Virus record (IMG/VR): IMGVR_UViG_3300045125_000080 | Strand: one strand, 5' to 3' | Source: an uncultured virus (IMG/VR IMGVR_UViG_3300045125_000080) | Taxonomy: Duplodnaviria > Heunggongvirae > Uroviricota > Caudoviricetes | Length of the DNA: 64,000 nt | Part shown: piece after piece, positions 1 through 12,459 of the stretch | Layout: each line of letters starts with the position of its first letter | Numbering within the stretch: the stretch's first letter is position 1 | Program-made: the position numbers and the translations under genes | The notes under the pieces: model-generated | Seen by the model: the letters and a program-made list of their open reading frames with translations, nothing else | What the model was told of the DNA's origin: nothing | Databases searched by the model: none

Positions 1-309
1 GACTAAGGGGGTGGGTTTTTTGGGGTTGCGGTTTATTCTTACCCCGTACCCCTGTTTTTTTGCCTGTTAGTGATGTTGGCGGGAAGTTGTCGCGCAGGTT
101 GGCGGGTTGGGGGTTCGGTCTTGTCCCTTGGTTGATCCTTTGCCTTGTTTGGTTAGGTGTGGCGGGAAGTCCTCAGCACTCAGTCATGCGCGTGAGGGGT
201 TTATATGTGTATATGGTGCTGATGTGTTCGGGGAAGATGTGGTCCTCTCTCTTTCCCTTTGTTCTTGTGTAGGGGGGAAGTCCTCGCAGTCATAGGGGCA
301 AACCCTTAT

Positions 310-323
310 AGTTGTCAATTAAC
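310..323. promoter_or_regulatory. AGTTGTCAATTAAC element, copy 1 of 4 (others at 1394, 4861, 8674)
   Basis: Identical 14-mer read at four positions. Imperfect palindrome, TTGACA on the - strand. Three copies lie just upstream of early gene starts. Confidence 0.6.
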
Positions 324-367
324 AATTTTTGTGACGATCATTAACACCTTTTTAACTTTTGGGGTTG

Positions 368-375
368 TAGGTTTG
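368..375 (+). promoter_or_regulatory. Bacteroidetes-type -7 promoter box TAGGTTTG
   Basis: Matches TAnnTTTG, about 20 nt before the A-rich leader AAACTTAAAACAATG of the first early gene. Confidence 0.5.
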
Positions 376-1047
376 TGGAACAAAACTTAAAACAATGAAT
401 AAACAAGAAGCACTGCAAAAGTATTGCCTCATTCCTGAAACATTCGGAAATCATTTGAGCAATTAAAAAAAGATATTTTAAAAAGCTGCAGGCCCACATT
501 GGTTACGGCTAGTTCGGATTATTTTGAAAGACAAAAAAAACGGATATTCACTATTTTACACTGAAAACGCCAGAAATTTTGAAAATCACAAAGGAATCCG
601 AGTGGGTTTTATGTTACCGTATCATTGCGGCTTTATCACATTAACAGATAAGGAAGAAAATGAGTTAATAAATTATTTAGAAAACTTTAACACTCATTTC
701 ACGGCGCGGACAGTCCTCCGCGCTATTTTTACCACACAAACACAAACAAAAAAACCCCAATACAATGACAAAGCAACACTATCAGCCGACAAAAGCAGAA
801 GTTAGCGCAGTTTTAGACCTATGAACTTTTACGACTGGTTACAAATTCAACACCAGTGCAAAGAAGATGAAGAAGAACTAACACCCGCGCAACGCAGAAA
901 GCAACACAGGGCAATAAAAACGCGTACAAAGGCGCACTAATGATCAAAAAAGCCTTACAAGATTTCCAATTTTGCTAATTTTTAACACCTATTTTATGGC
1001 GCGGGGGAAGCCTCGCGCCATTTTTACCGCCACAAAAACTCCTATTT

Positions 1048-1373
1048 ATGACACACACACAAGTTAAAACGATTGACGTCAACGGTAAAGAATGGTTTGA
1101 CAAGGTAAATGTGAATATTTACTTTTCCATTGTTACCTTTAATTTGACAGATGCAATCATGAACAATTTACTTTGCCTTTCCAGTACGGATATGGCGTTT
1201 TATATTCAAGAGGCACTAAAACAACTGAGAGAAAAGGGTACACTACAACACACACCGCTGAACTGCAGATCAATATGAATAATTTAGAAATGGACAGCAA
1301 AAGAATTGTAAAAAAAGAGAGCTTAAAAGTATGGGGGGAAGTCATAAGACACCCCCGCACCTTCACGTTTTAA
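1048..1373 (+). CDS. early hypothetical protein (frameshifted)
   Basis: ORFs 1048..1278 and 1173..1373 overlap and read as one protein (IDVNGKEWFDKVN...MPFQYGYG). Preceded by a hairpin and an A/C-rich leader. Confidence 0.45.
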
Positions 1374-4033
1374 CACTCTCTTTGGATTGTTTCAGTTGTC
1401 AATTAACTACATTTACAAAACAAATAAACCCCCAAAAAATGAAAACTATCAAGCAACACAACGCCCCCGCCTTTGCAGACATTTAGAAACCCTAAATTAG
1501 CAAACCTTGACTACCCCTACCCGTTTGAACTTGCTGGACAACCCTTTGCCGATTAGAACGCAAAGCAAACCGATTTCACCACCGCGCTTTTGCAATCCAA
1601 TAGAAGATGAAAGCCAATATGAAAAAAATCGATGCAAAAACTTGACAAGATTAGAAAATAAAGTGAGGGAACTACTACCCCAACGCAAAAAAACATTTTT
1701 TTGTAAATAGAGATCCGCGCGGCATGCTTTAAAAATTAAAGAAGATGAACGCTTTCGTCTTTGCCCATGTGGTCGGACTTTGGCGGATATGGAATACTTT
1801 GCGCCTCAATTTTAAAACCTTTTTAAAACCCCAAACAATGAAAACAAAAATGAAATCCGCACCGCTTTTTGGCAGATTTTACAGGAAAACCGTTTTCACA
1901 CCTCAGTAAAGATGAAACGCAAAGAAAACCCAAAACGACTACCCTGCAGACATTCGTTGCGCTTTCGTTGATTATATCGACCAACTCGCAAAGATCTGGA
2001 GAAACAGCTAAACGTATGGCAGACAATATAACCCTATAAAACCCCTACCAATGGAAAATCAATTTTTTGCTCGTCACTGTTCCGAATGTAATTGCGGAAT
2101 GAATGAAGGTTTTGTATCTAATGGCGGAGAACAATACTACGTCTCGAAACTTGTTTAAAGCAGAACTATACAGGGGAACAAATAGAACACCTTTATAGTG
2201 ATGAAAAACACATGATTAGACACATATTATACCGTGGGAAGATGTTGACTATCATTATATTATCAAAAATGGAATTTTAACCAATTAGAAACCCTTTTTA
2301 AAACCTGTGCAAACAAAGCATATTTGAAAGCAACACACACGCGGAACTGATAGCAATTTTTGAAAGTGAAGATATTTATTGTTCCTGTGTTCCCAGTGCT
2401 GAAAAGTTAGCAGAAGAAACGCGGAGTATTTTTAACCGAAAGTATTGAGGAAGTAATTTAAAACCTTTAAAACATAAAAAAATGAGCTACTCTTTTTTAT
2501 TTATTCAGCAAATTATTTGACGCGTTTTATGGCAATAACCGATTTATTAAGGATTGCCTGTATGATTACTTATATGAAGAAGTTTTGGGAATGTATGAGG
2601 ATTATGTAAGTCCGAATATAACGATGAATTTAAGGGCGAATAAGAGTGTATTGTAAACTATTTAAATGATCATCAGCCAACAATAAAAGCAGGACTATGA
2701 AAAAGACACTACTCTTTGCCCTCTTTATTTGCTTATTGCTAACCTCTTGCGCTACTTATAGACAGGCGGGGAAGGGGTTGTTACTTTGCAAAAGGAATTT
2801 TAATACCCCTAAAAATGTAATAAGAATTAGATAATTATGCGGGGGGAAGTCCTGACACTCCCCCGTATTTTCCCCAAACACCCATAAAAAAAACAACAAT
2901 GACACAAGAACTAAAAACGATTTAATAGCCTCATGGAATGAAAGCGAATGAACCATTGACAACATTTGCAGAATTTAAATGACACCAGATTTAATATCAA
3001 TGCAAAGAGTGCACTGAATTGAACGCATCAAAATATCAATCATTGGGCGGCGGGTATGTAAACTTGAAAACGATTTACATAGAAGTGATTTGAAACACAA
3101 ACACAATGATAAACCCAACACCCTAACCACAAAAGCCTTTCCGGACATTACGAATTGAGATAAAGCTATATAGGTACACTAACGAACTATTTAGGACTAG
3201 CCTATTTTTGGAACTATGAATACCGCCATTATTTAAGGGATGCAAGCAATAGCAGAAGAAAGAAAGTACACGATTTATTTTTGCGGGAATGTCTTGAGAC
3301 GTTGCGGAAAGTTCTGACAGACACCTCGAAATTATCCGACAAGTAACTAAACTATATTAACAAAGCATTAGCAACTCGTTGTGAAAATTTTAACAATTCA
3401 CTTTATATTTTTACATTCAAAACATAAACTCATGAAAAACAAAATTGTAAGAATTGACAAAGAAAAACGGGAAAGAGGAAATTGTAGACCTTCCCGCGCA
3501 GACTAGATAAATTAAGCTAAGTATTGGAGTAACGCAGAAGAATCTGCTACTTAATAGTAAAGAATTAGACACCCCATTTGACTACTACAAAGTAATTGAT
3601 TAAAGACACGAAAGTGCGGGGAAGTTATGGATTCTAGTACCCCTGCCGCTTCATTTAGCATTATGGCCTAACATTAAAAATAAAAAGCCTATGCAAACAA
3701 TTATCACAAACACCAACGCACTAACGCAACGCATTAACAACGAAGTAAAAAGAGCATTTGAACTATGCCAACAATCAGCAAACGAAGGAAAGCAATATGT
3801 TTTCTTCACTACTGATAGGATATACAAAGAGATGTCCGCGACCAATTAGAAAAAGAGCATAAAATTTATGTGCCAACAATAAGTAGCTGATACGAACATT
3901 CACACCTTGCAGTAGCATTACGGAGATAAAACTGAAATGAAGCTAAAATGGTAACATTTTCCCTAACATTAAAACAGCAACAAAATGAAACTAACACCAC
4001 AAGAAACAAGAGGAAGTAAAATCATTAAAAGAA

Positions 4034-4249
4034 ATGATTGAGAGCTGTTATACGTATGGCGCAGCTGATAAGACGTCATACAACTATCAAAGATATCTTT
4101 TGCCCTTTGCTGAAAAGATTGGTAAAAGATTATTTAATAGGGTATACAAAGAACATTTACAGGATCTAATGAAGAATTACACCATTCAATTTGATGTTTA
4201 TACCGATTGTGAGGGACTGTCTTACAATTCATTGGTTAAAAATCATTAA
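4034..4249 (+). CDS. early hypothetical protein
   Basis: Intact ORF with phage-like composition. The true start may be upstream (~3986). Confidence 0.45.
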   Translation: MIESCYTYGAADKTSYNYQRYLLPFAEKIGKRLFNRVYKEHLQDLMKNYTIQFDVYTDCEGLSYNSLVKNH

Positions 4250-5638
4250 CAAAAGATTGGCTAAATTATTTTGGTGCGGGGAAGTCCTGCCACTATTTTT
4301 ACACCACACAAAACAAAACACAATGACACAAGAAACAATACTAAAAATTCAAGAGGCAACTAAATTCAAGTATGGCGCTGATGATAAGATTGATTATGTT
4401 CGAATGGTACGGAATTATGCTGATCTAGCAGGGCATACACCACCTTTGAAGATATGGATATAGTAAGACCACGCTGAATGTGCGTCTTTCCGATAATTAA
4501 TGAAGATTGAAGATAACGAAGGCGCGGGGAAATTATGGGGTTTATAGTGCCTCATTTACCAACAAAACCCCAAATTAAAACCTTATTTATGGCAACTTTC
4601 AGTTTTTACATTGATCAAAAATGTAGGTCTGGCAAACGGGAAGATTTGATATTCAAGCAGAAACCTACGAACAGGCAAAAGAATTGGCTAAAAAATCAAA
4701 ATTTGATATTGATGATATGGAGTGGGAAACCTTATGGGAAACCCTTACATGACATTGAATTTGATGATAACAATGGGCAACCAACAATAGAGATTTATAG
4801 TGATGATAACGCGGGGAACTTGTGTATCCAATAAACCTTTATGATATTTTTAACACCATTAGTTGTCAATTAACTACAATTTACCTACCTTGCTGATGAA
4901 AAACATTAACCCCGCGTTTCTCCTTTATGGTTTTATACGGGTAATTTTTAAAAAATATAAACTATGATAACAGAAAGACAAATGATTCATCTTGCCCTAT
5001 TATTTGATATTGTGTGCGGGGAAGATACCACTAACACTTTACTTGCTGATTGGCTCGTTGATAACAAAATTCAAATTATCTAACCCACAACTTCCCCTAA
5101 CACTATGAAAACAACCTACCCCCTAACACCCCACAAAACAAAATGGATTGGGAACAAGCACGCAAAAAGAACAACGGATCAATGGTTTAACCACATTAGT
5201 ACCCAGAACATTGATTATGACGCATTAGAAAGGCAGTTATTTGCCCTTCGTAAAAGATTGGCTAATTGTAAGGAAGAACACTATTACCCGCTTAAAACAG
5301 AAGGTAATTAACATACAACGGCTACTCGCCACAAGACCGAAACAAAATGAAGGCTGGAATAACTATTTAGCAAAATAAAATCTAAACCTATGCAAAATCA
5401 TACCTTATCTTATGTATTTACCGTAAAGCTAAGTATTTGATGTTAGAAACTCGAAGTATAGAAGTATCTGACTGAGGCTTATTGGAATGAATTGATACAA
5501 AAGACTTTGTTACTGTATGACAATGATTGAAAGATTAAAGACAAATGCATTATAAATGAATTGCAATAGCCTGCAAGAATTTATGAGATAGATAATCATA
5601 ATTTGATAAATTTAAAAAAACAAATAAAACACAAACCT

Positions 5639-6220
5639 ATGCAAACCACTAATTTATTCGCCAAGACAACCACAAAGACAAGCACACCTAAAAAAGCCGA
5701 CAAAAAGGTATTACCCGCCCTAAATTTAGGGGATAAGGTAAAAGGTATGCTGACCTCAAAAACCAGATTGATGCCCTTACAGGGGAATTAAAGATGATTG
5801 AGGGGGATATTAAACTAACAGGCAAGGAACTCTTTTTAGATCAATACAAGAAAGAAAAGAGGACACCCGATAACTTTAAAATACAAGATGAAACGGGGAG
5901 TAGTTGCCTGTTTATTGTAATGGATAAATATACTTCTGTTGATGATGATAAGGCAGAACTACTGCGCAATTATGACGGATTGTTGGGGAAAATGTGGTAT
6001 ACAAATTCAATACCGAACTCGTTGAAAAGTATGGCGCAATTCTTATCCGACCTTATCACTTCTTCCCCGACATTGAAGAACAAGACAAAGGTAACTTAAT
6101 CAGCGGGGAAAAGACCTACTCAGTAGCAAAGGAAGTATTGACCGCTTATTGCAATTCTCAAACCCAGAACAGGTATTGGAACTTATTAACCCTATTTGCT
6201 CACTTAAAAAATAATTATTA
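5639..6220 (+). CDS. early hypothetical protein (frameshifted)
   Basis: ORFs 5603..5791, 5794..6099 and 5994..6287 join into one plausible protein (MQTTNLFAK...). Confidence 0.45.
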
Positions 6221-6256
6221 TGTCTTGGGAAGTCCTCGCAGACCTGCCTCTGTGAT

Positions 6257-6457
6257 ATGGCAGTATCGTACAACAAAGAACGCATAACACAAATTGAGGA
6301 AGGACACGGAAGGCACGACCTATCCGGCACGTACTACACCCTCAACTATGTTAAGGTATATTTTGGCGATGAACCGATTGACATTACCAAAATGCTAACC
6401 AAACAAATGGAAGATTATATCTTTCAACAAATAAAAGATATGGAAAATGACCTATAA
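6257..6457 (+). CDS. hypothetical protein
   Basis: Intact 66-aa ORF whose stop overlaps the ligase start (TAATG). Confidence 0.55.
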   Translation: MAVSYNKERITQIEEGHGRHDLSGTYYTLNYVKVYFGDEPIDITKMLTKQMEDYIFQQIKDMENDL

Positions 6458-7101
6458 TGAATTTAAGTATCTGTACCCGCCTCGCCCTCAGTACAAGATA
6501 CCGCCCGTATGATCTTGACCAGTACGAAGGGGAATTTGTAGCACAACCAAAGTACAATGGAACTGCCTGTATGGTATTTACTAACGGGGACGAACTGAAA
6601 GTATTTAACAGGCACAAGCTACCCCTTGCAAAGTATTCGCCCTTTATTCAGTTTAGAGGACTTGCAAAGAGTAATAAATGGGTAGTGTACTGCGGGGAAT
6701 ATCTTAACAAAGGACAAAAGGGAGAGGCGGGAGAAGTAGAACGGGATAAGTTTATTATCTGGGATTTGCTTGTGTATGACGGGGAATATCTGATAGGGCA
6801 AACTCTTATTGATAGGGTTAAGATTGTAGACCAGAACTTCCCCTGCATACCCTCAAAAGTATCGGAGAAAGGACTTGAAATATACGACTACCTCTGTTGT
6901 ACAGACCTTGAAGGTATCTATAAAGCACCCCTGTATGGCGCGGGTTTTGAGTACCTCTATAAAGACCTTGTTAAAACACCCCTGTACGAAGGGATAGTCC
7001 TTAAAAAGCAGAACGCAAAACTATCGTATGGCTTTCAAGAGAAGAACAACTCTGAATGGCAACTAAAATGTAGAAAAAGTAATGCCTTATACACCTTCTA
7101 A
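6457..7101 (+). CDS. ATP-dependent DNA/RNA ligase-like nucleotidyltransferase (adenylation domain only)
   Basis: Motif I QPKYNG (KxD/NG), motif III CGE, motif IIIa FIIWDLL, motif IV EGIVLK, motif V QLKCR. Confidence 0.75.
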   Translation: MNLSICTRLALSTRYRPYDLDQYEGEFVAQPKYNGTACMVFTNGDELKVFNRHKLPLAKYSPFIQFRGLAKSNKWVVYCGEYLNKGQKGEAGEVERDKFIIWDLLVYDGEYLIGQTLIDRVKIVDQNFPCIPSKVSEKGLEIYDYLCCTDLEGIYKAPLYGAGFEYLYKDLVKTPLYEGIVLKKQNAKLSYGFQEKNNSEWQLKCRKSNALYTF

Positions 7102-7111
7102 ATTAAAAACT

Positions 7112-7297
7112 ATGCTAATTGAACTAACAAAAGACAGAGCAGAATACTTCTGCCAAGAACTAAATGTATGGAGTGTTGAAGCTAAAATCGTGGAGTCCAC
7201 CGAACATTGGGCAACGATTGAGATTGATGATGACCACGATCCGGAAGATATAATTGTCTATGCCTTTAATATGGGGGTATCATTTGGTAAACTATGA
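7112..7297 (+). CDS. hypothetical protein
   Basis: Acidic small ORF (MLIELTKDRAEY...) downstream of the ligase. Confidence 0.5.
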   Translation: MLIELTKDRAEYFCQELNVWSVEAKIVESTEHWATIEIDDDHDPEDIIVYAFNMGVSFGKL

Positions 7298-7391
7298 GGT
7301 ATGTAGTATTCGCCCTTACCAATATGATAATCCTTTTATATTGGGTATATCTTATATCGGAAATCTATTTAATTATTAAAAACTAAACATT

Positions 7392-7943
7392 ATGAATTAC
7401 ACAATCTATTTAGACGATACGGCAGTCAAGTATCTAACCAATGAGCTGGATAAGGATAATGTCTCTTATGCCATAACAAAAGAAAAGTTAATGGAAGGGG
7501 AGATAAATTGTATATCCTTTGAGGATAAACCCTATGTACTTAACTCTGTATTTATTGCAGGGGTAGCTTATACGAAAGGGGTAGCGCAAAGACAAGAGGC
7601 TGACCTTGTTATTAAAAAGGCACTATCAGAACTTCCCAGACGCAAAGTAACTATCAAAGAAAATAATAGTATATCTGGAGACGGCTTTTATTCAGTAGAA
7701 ACTGCCGAAGGATTATTTACAAAGATTTTTAGTTTTAAGTTGGGGGAAGATGATCCACAGAGTATTTGGAACAAAGAAAAGAATTTGGCTGAAGCTACTG
7801 AGTACGCCAAAAAAATAGAAACCTACCAAAACGAACAAAAAACCATTTACGAAACCCCTGAAATGACCTTGTTTAAATTTATATTAGTATTACTACTTAA
7901 TTGTACGATTTTATCTATTGTTAATTCAATGATTAAAAGATGA
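7392..7943 (+). CDS. hypothetical protein
   Basis: 183-aa ORF after an A-rich leader. Confidence 0.55.
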   Translation: MNYTIYLDDTAVKYLTNELDKDNVSYAITKEKLMEGEINCISFEDKPYVLNSVFIAGVAYTKGVAQRQEADLVIKKALSELPRRKVTIKENNSISGDGFYSVETAEGLFTKIFSFKLGEDDPQSIWNKEKNLAEATEYAKKIETYQNEQKTIYETPEMTLFKFILVLLLNCTILSIVNSMIKR

Positions 7944-8959
7944 CACTCAAGCAAAAACTATATCATTATTTATTCTGCGTACCCCTTGCGTATTCTATAT
8001 TGGACGGCGATTGAGGTCGGATTTTTTTCTATAACATTTATAAATTTTTAAAAATGAAAAAGAAATGTAAGACGTGCGGGGAGACAAAACCTCTCAATGA
8101 ATTTAAAAGGAACGTAACAATGGGACATTACCATAACCATTGTCTGCCCTGTTTCCAAAAGAGGCAGAGTGAGAAGTATCAAGAAAGAGAAGGGAAAAGA
8201 AGAAGATGAATGATATGTTTGGATTTTTTATTTGGAGAGAAATGACATTTATTTTAACGTGGCTTGCGGTAGCTATGCTTACCTCTATTATTAACTGGGT
8301 ATTTAAACTATTAACCAATGACAACAATTAAAAAGGTCTTGATTAACTATATCAAGATGAAACCAGACAAGTTTGCTATATGGATCAAGGATAACGCAGA
8401 AGCACTCCTACAAATGGAAAGAGAGGAGATTGTTAATGCCTTTAATAGAGGACAAAAAGAAGAATGTCGGGGAAATCGTGGCGAAGGGTGAGCTATATTA
8501 CAAGTAATAACCAAGACAAATGATGAGATGAACTGATTGATGAAATTATACAGAAATGGGCAAGCGTACCCTTTGCAGAAATGGAAAGATTGGTTAAATT
8601 CTTTGAGAAATAAATATTCTAAAAGTGGAACCTCGCTCAATAAAGTCCGGCTTCCATTTCTCGTCCATACCCAAGTTGTCAATTAACTCGTGGCACGCAA
8701 GGATATTGTATTGGAAGTAGTCTAATTTGTCATAACCAAAGTGTTCGCAGGTATCCTCTATTCGGCAGATGAGTGGTCTTGTTTCGTATATTTTGCACTT
8801 GTTATCTTCTCCTAAGTTTTCACAGACGCCTTCTTTATGGGTGTAGGGAAGTAATAGGTGTGTCGGATCGTCCCTGACAATAATACTATCTGCATTGTGA
8901 TATTACTCTACAACAAGCACCGCAACCAGTACAAGGGAATGTCATCTCTTTAATTCATT

Positions 8960-9398
8960 TATTGGTCTTAACTCGCTATGCGGAACAAAGTAGCAGACGG
9001 GTAAGGTCTTTGTATGTTTCCACTTCTCTTGCTTTGCGTCTTCTGCCCTTATCCAACCTTTTATTTCGTAGGTGGGACAACTTGCCCGTAACAGAAATAA
9101 TAATACCCTTATCGTCTGGTCTGACCTTCAGATCTTCCCGAGGCGACCACCTAATCTCAAAGTTAGTATTTACTATATCCTCAACGTGGAAGGTATTTAC
9201 CCCAAACCCCCAGTATATCCCAAGATATTTACATACGGCAAGCTCTGCGTGTGCGCTTTCAATATGTCCACCCCATAATACCATTACGCTTAAATCCGGA
9301 AACCTTGCTTGCCTACCCTTAAATGAAGCCTCTGCATTTCGTCTTGATCCAATGTAAGTGGCTACGAGAACCTCGTTAGCATTTAATTCTACTATCAT
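8960..9398 (-). CDS. hypothetical phage protein
   Basis: Part of ORF 8976..9479. Likely start MIVELNANE at ~9398, with a TAATTTTG box upstream. Confidence 0.55.
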
Positions 9399-9462
9399 TT
9401 TGTTTGTGTTTAAACCAAAATTACAAAAGGCATATACACGCGACAAGAACTTTTTTGTACAT

Positions 9463-9723
9463 CTATGACAAGTCCACATAACGGAAGTTCATCTTCCAAA
9501 GAAATCTTGCCGTCTTACTGCTTTCCTTTCTCACTTTTGTTTCAGACCAGTCTGGGTGTTTAAGATGGAAGTGTTCGTGCAGAAGGTAAAGGAGATATCG
9601 ATACCCTGTTAAGCGAATGTCTATTTCTAATTTATTCTGGTCAGTATACGCAATCCCATAAGCTTGTTCTTTGCCCAGCTTTTTATGAATGACTCTATGC
9701 GGATTGGTTATCTTCGGTGGCAT
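9463..9723 (-). CDS. small protein with HExxH (LHEHFH) zincin-like motif
   Basis: Intact 86-aa ORF containing YLLHEHFH. Confidence 0.5.
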   Translation of the reverse strand: MPPKITNPHRVIHKKLGKEQAYGIAYTDQNKLEIDIRLTGYRYLLYLLHEHFHLKHPDWSETKVRKESSKTARFLWKMNFRYVDLS

Positions 9724-9930
9724 CGTAACAATTAGTTTCGTATATCTCTTTTATTCCGGTGTGTATTATTTTTAATGACATCTGACGTATCTCCCTAATT
9801 AATTGCTTCTCATCTTCCCCCAACATAACAAAATCAAAGTCTTCTAATGCAGACAAGGCACTAAAACAGGCTGTTATGTCTTCGTGGGGGAAAGGTTGAT
9901 AGGGATATTATCGTCAAAGCAGGTCTTCCA

Positions 9931-10933
9931 TTAGTGCAATTTACCATCAATTATAATATAATTTTTGACACTGAAAGCTGCCATCTTTTTCAACTATGAC
10001 GTGGGCAAATCCGTGTTGTGAATTTGACACTAGTGGAGAATAGTCGGGCTTAATGTTGGCATAAGTGCAGCCTACAGACCAAGCTGCTACGTACGTTTGC
10101 CCTCCATATCTACTTTCAGCGTGAAACGAGGTGCTGATGTAGGTGCCCTACAATCACGTTTTGTTTTGCCTTCATATAAGCATCCGCGTGCCGGAGAAAC
10201 GGGGGTAAATAATACCCTTAAAAATGTGGTGGCCGTGGGTAATAGCAAGCTTCCCTGCCTTAACCAGTATTCTATCGTCTATTAAGTGTACCCTTTCCTC
10301 GTTAAGCTTGTAATCTTTCCTCTAAGTTGAAGTACGGATCATCCCATATTTCCTGAGCCTTCTGTAAAAAGATATCTTCTCATATCTCTGATCGTGATTA
10401 CCTTTTATCCAGTATATCTCTTGGGTAGGGAAAATACTGCCTGCAGTACACGAAGAAATTGCTTAGCCGCGTCAAATTCCTGTCTTACACTTCTCTTGTG
10501 AGAAATCCGTCTCAAATCTACTGATGACGGCAAAGTCCAGCAAGTCGTCCGTTTATTACAATGGTATTAATTTTTTCCTCTACTCCGTACTCTAAGGCTA
10601 CGGTTAATAGCATCTATATCGTGGTAGGGTATGTGTAGGTCTGATATTAGGAGTATGTTGTTGCACGTCTTGGGAAGTTGTAGTGGTTCCCGTTTCTCCT
10701 GATAGCTCTCAGGGAGATTGTAGGGGTTTTTAGGACGTTCTGGCATAGTGGTGGGTAACTTTATATCGATTATTCTTTTCTTGCCTTCTATGCCCCTTAA
10801 AACGTCTCTGCAATCCTCTACATCCTTAAAGGTCAGCTTCTCCTTTGCGTACATAATCCGGGCCAGCTTGCAGAGTAGGCATTTCCATTCCGTACTCGTT
10901 GCTGTATTTTCGGGCTATGTCTGTTTTGCTCAC
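9931..10933 (-). CDS. calcineurin-like metallophosphoesterase (frameshifted)
   Basis: ILLISDLHIPYHD (DxH motif). KGNHD is read on the - strand near 10390-10405. Confidence 0.75.
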
Positions 10934-10976
10934 AAGTTTGACGTACTTTATTCCGTTGTCTATGAAGGTGTCTCCC

Positions 10977-11456
10977 TTATTCCACTTTTCTAATAGTTGC
11001 TTTGTTGTGTAGCCTAGTGTTTTTTGGATGTGGGGGAAGTCCTTGAACTTCCAGTCCGCTCCCCGACTCCCAGCCGTTGTCCTTAAAGATGTGCGATGAC
11101 CTCAAACCAGTCCGGCTTCCCGTCCTTGTCCATAGTCCTTTACTAACGTCCCACGTAGCCGTTCTGCGACTCCATAATACAAAAGTCAATGGCCAGCGCA
11201 AAATTGTGGTAACTCTGACCGCCTCTTGCCTTGGTAACGATCCCGATGCCGTTTGCCGTCCCCGTCAAAGAGCTTTGTCTCTGCCTAACTTGTAAAGCTC
11301 GTCTTGCTCCTCAAAGGTGCGTAGGGTATGCGTGAAACGGCAATAAACTCCGTTAGTGAGTGCAGGCGCAATCTTCTCTACATAAATCTTCATCACTTCT
11401 TCCCTGACCTTCGGATGCAATAATTTTATCCTTGATATCGTGAGCTTATCAATCAT
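10977..11456 (-). CDS. endolysin, peptidase M15 (L-Ala-D-Glu peptidase-like; frameshifted)
   Basis: LHPKVRE...TLRTFEEQDELYKLGR, then GGQSYHNFALAIDF and DFPHIQ in shifted frames. Confidence 0.8.
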
Positions 11457-11975
11457 ATCGGGAACTTGCTAATAATTCTTGCTACGGGTTTGCGAACAAT
11501 ATATCCGGCTAATGCACAAGCGACAAGCAGTAGCCAAAAGAATCTTTCTTTCCAGTACTTACGCTCTGCGTTAGCAACCTCTAATTTCTGGTTTTGCTTC
11601 GGCATATCTTCCCTGACACTCTACATAAAGTCTTCTTTGTTCTTCTATCTTTTGAGTAGGTTCTTTAACTACTTCTTTAATCTTATATACGGTTTTGTAT
11701 ATTGTCTTTGCGGGGGAAGTTATGGTAATGATAGTATGTATCATTCTTGTAAATCGTATCAATCTCTGTTGGGTTTATTTGCCACATCGTATCAAAATGC
11801 ACGGAATCTTTATAGATAATAGTATCCTTACTTGGAAACTGCGAACCACAGAACTGCGAAGCCTCTACCGGATGCTTTGCAAGTGCAACCATTGCACGTT
11901 GTACGCTATTACAAGCGAACAAAAAAAGACGCAAACCCATAGGAGTCTGCGCCTAACTAATAACCCATACGCCAT
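11453..11975 (-). CDS. putative spanin / lysis lipoprotein (frameshifted)
   Basis: Lipobox-like LFLFAC, a DT-rich linker and a hydrophobic C-terminus. Lies between the holin and the endolysin. Confidence 0.45.
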
Positions 11976-11987
11976 AAACAAAATTTA

Positions 11988-12245
11988 TTACTCTACTACA
12001 GGTGGTTCTTTTGTAGCCATTTCACCTTGAGAGTTACTAACTAGAGTTTTTTAATAAGTATGCGAGGGAAGCAACGAGACCAGCATAGTGCCGCAACTGC
12101 CATTTAGTTCCGCAAGTGTAGGCAAGTCGTCCGGCATCAAGTAGTCTGGATTAAGACCAGTCAAGCGCCGCGGTCAAAAACGCCACTACGATACCCATTA
12201 ACAAGGTCGCGTAGGTTAAGTTTTACAAAGTGGTGAATTATTCAT
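11988..12245 (-). CDS. putative holin (frameshifted)
   Basis: Short protein with two hydrophobic stretches (IVVAFLTAAL; AGLVASLAYL) next to the lysis genes. Confidence 0.45.
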
Positions 12246-12459
12246 AACATTTATTTTTTAGACAACTCAAGATAGAGTTCGTGAATTTGCTCGGCGATAT
12301 TATCTAACTTTTAAATAAGACATCATCCTTTTTTTCATTCTGCTCTATGCGGAGTTCAAGTTCCCTCATCTTTACGGTTACCTGAACATAGATTTTAAAA
12401 AGAGCTATAATAAAAGCTACTGTTTGGGTGATGAGGAATAAGATAACTCACGTCTGTCA

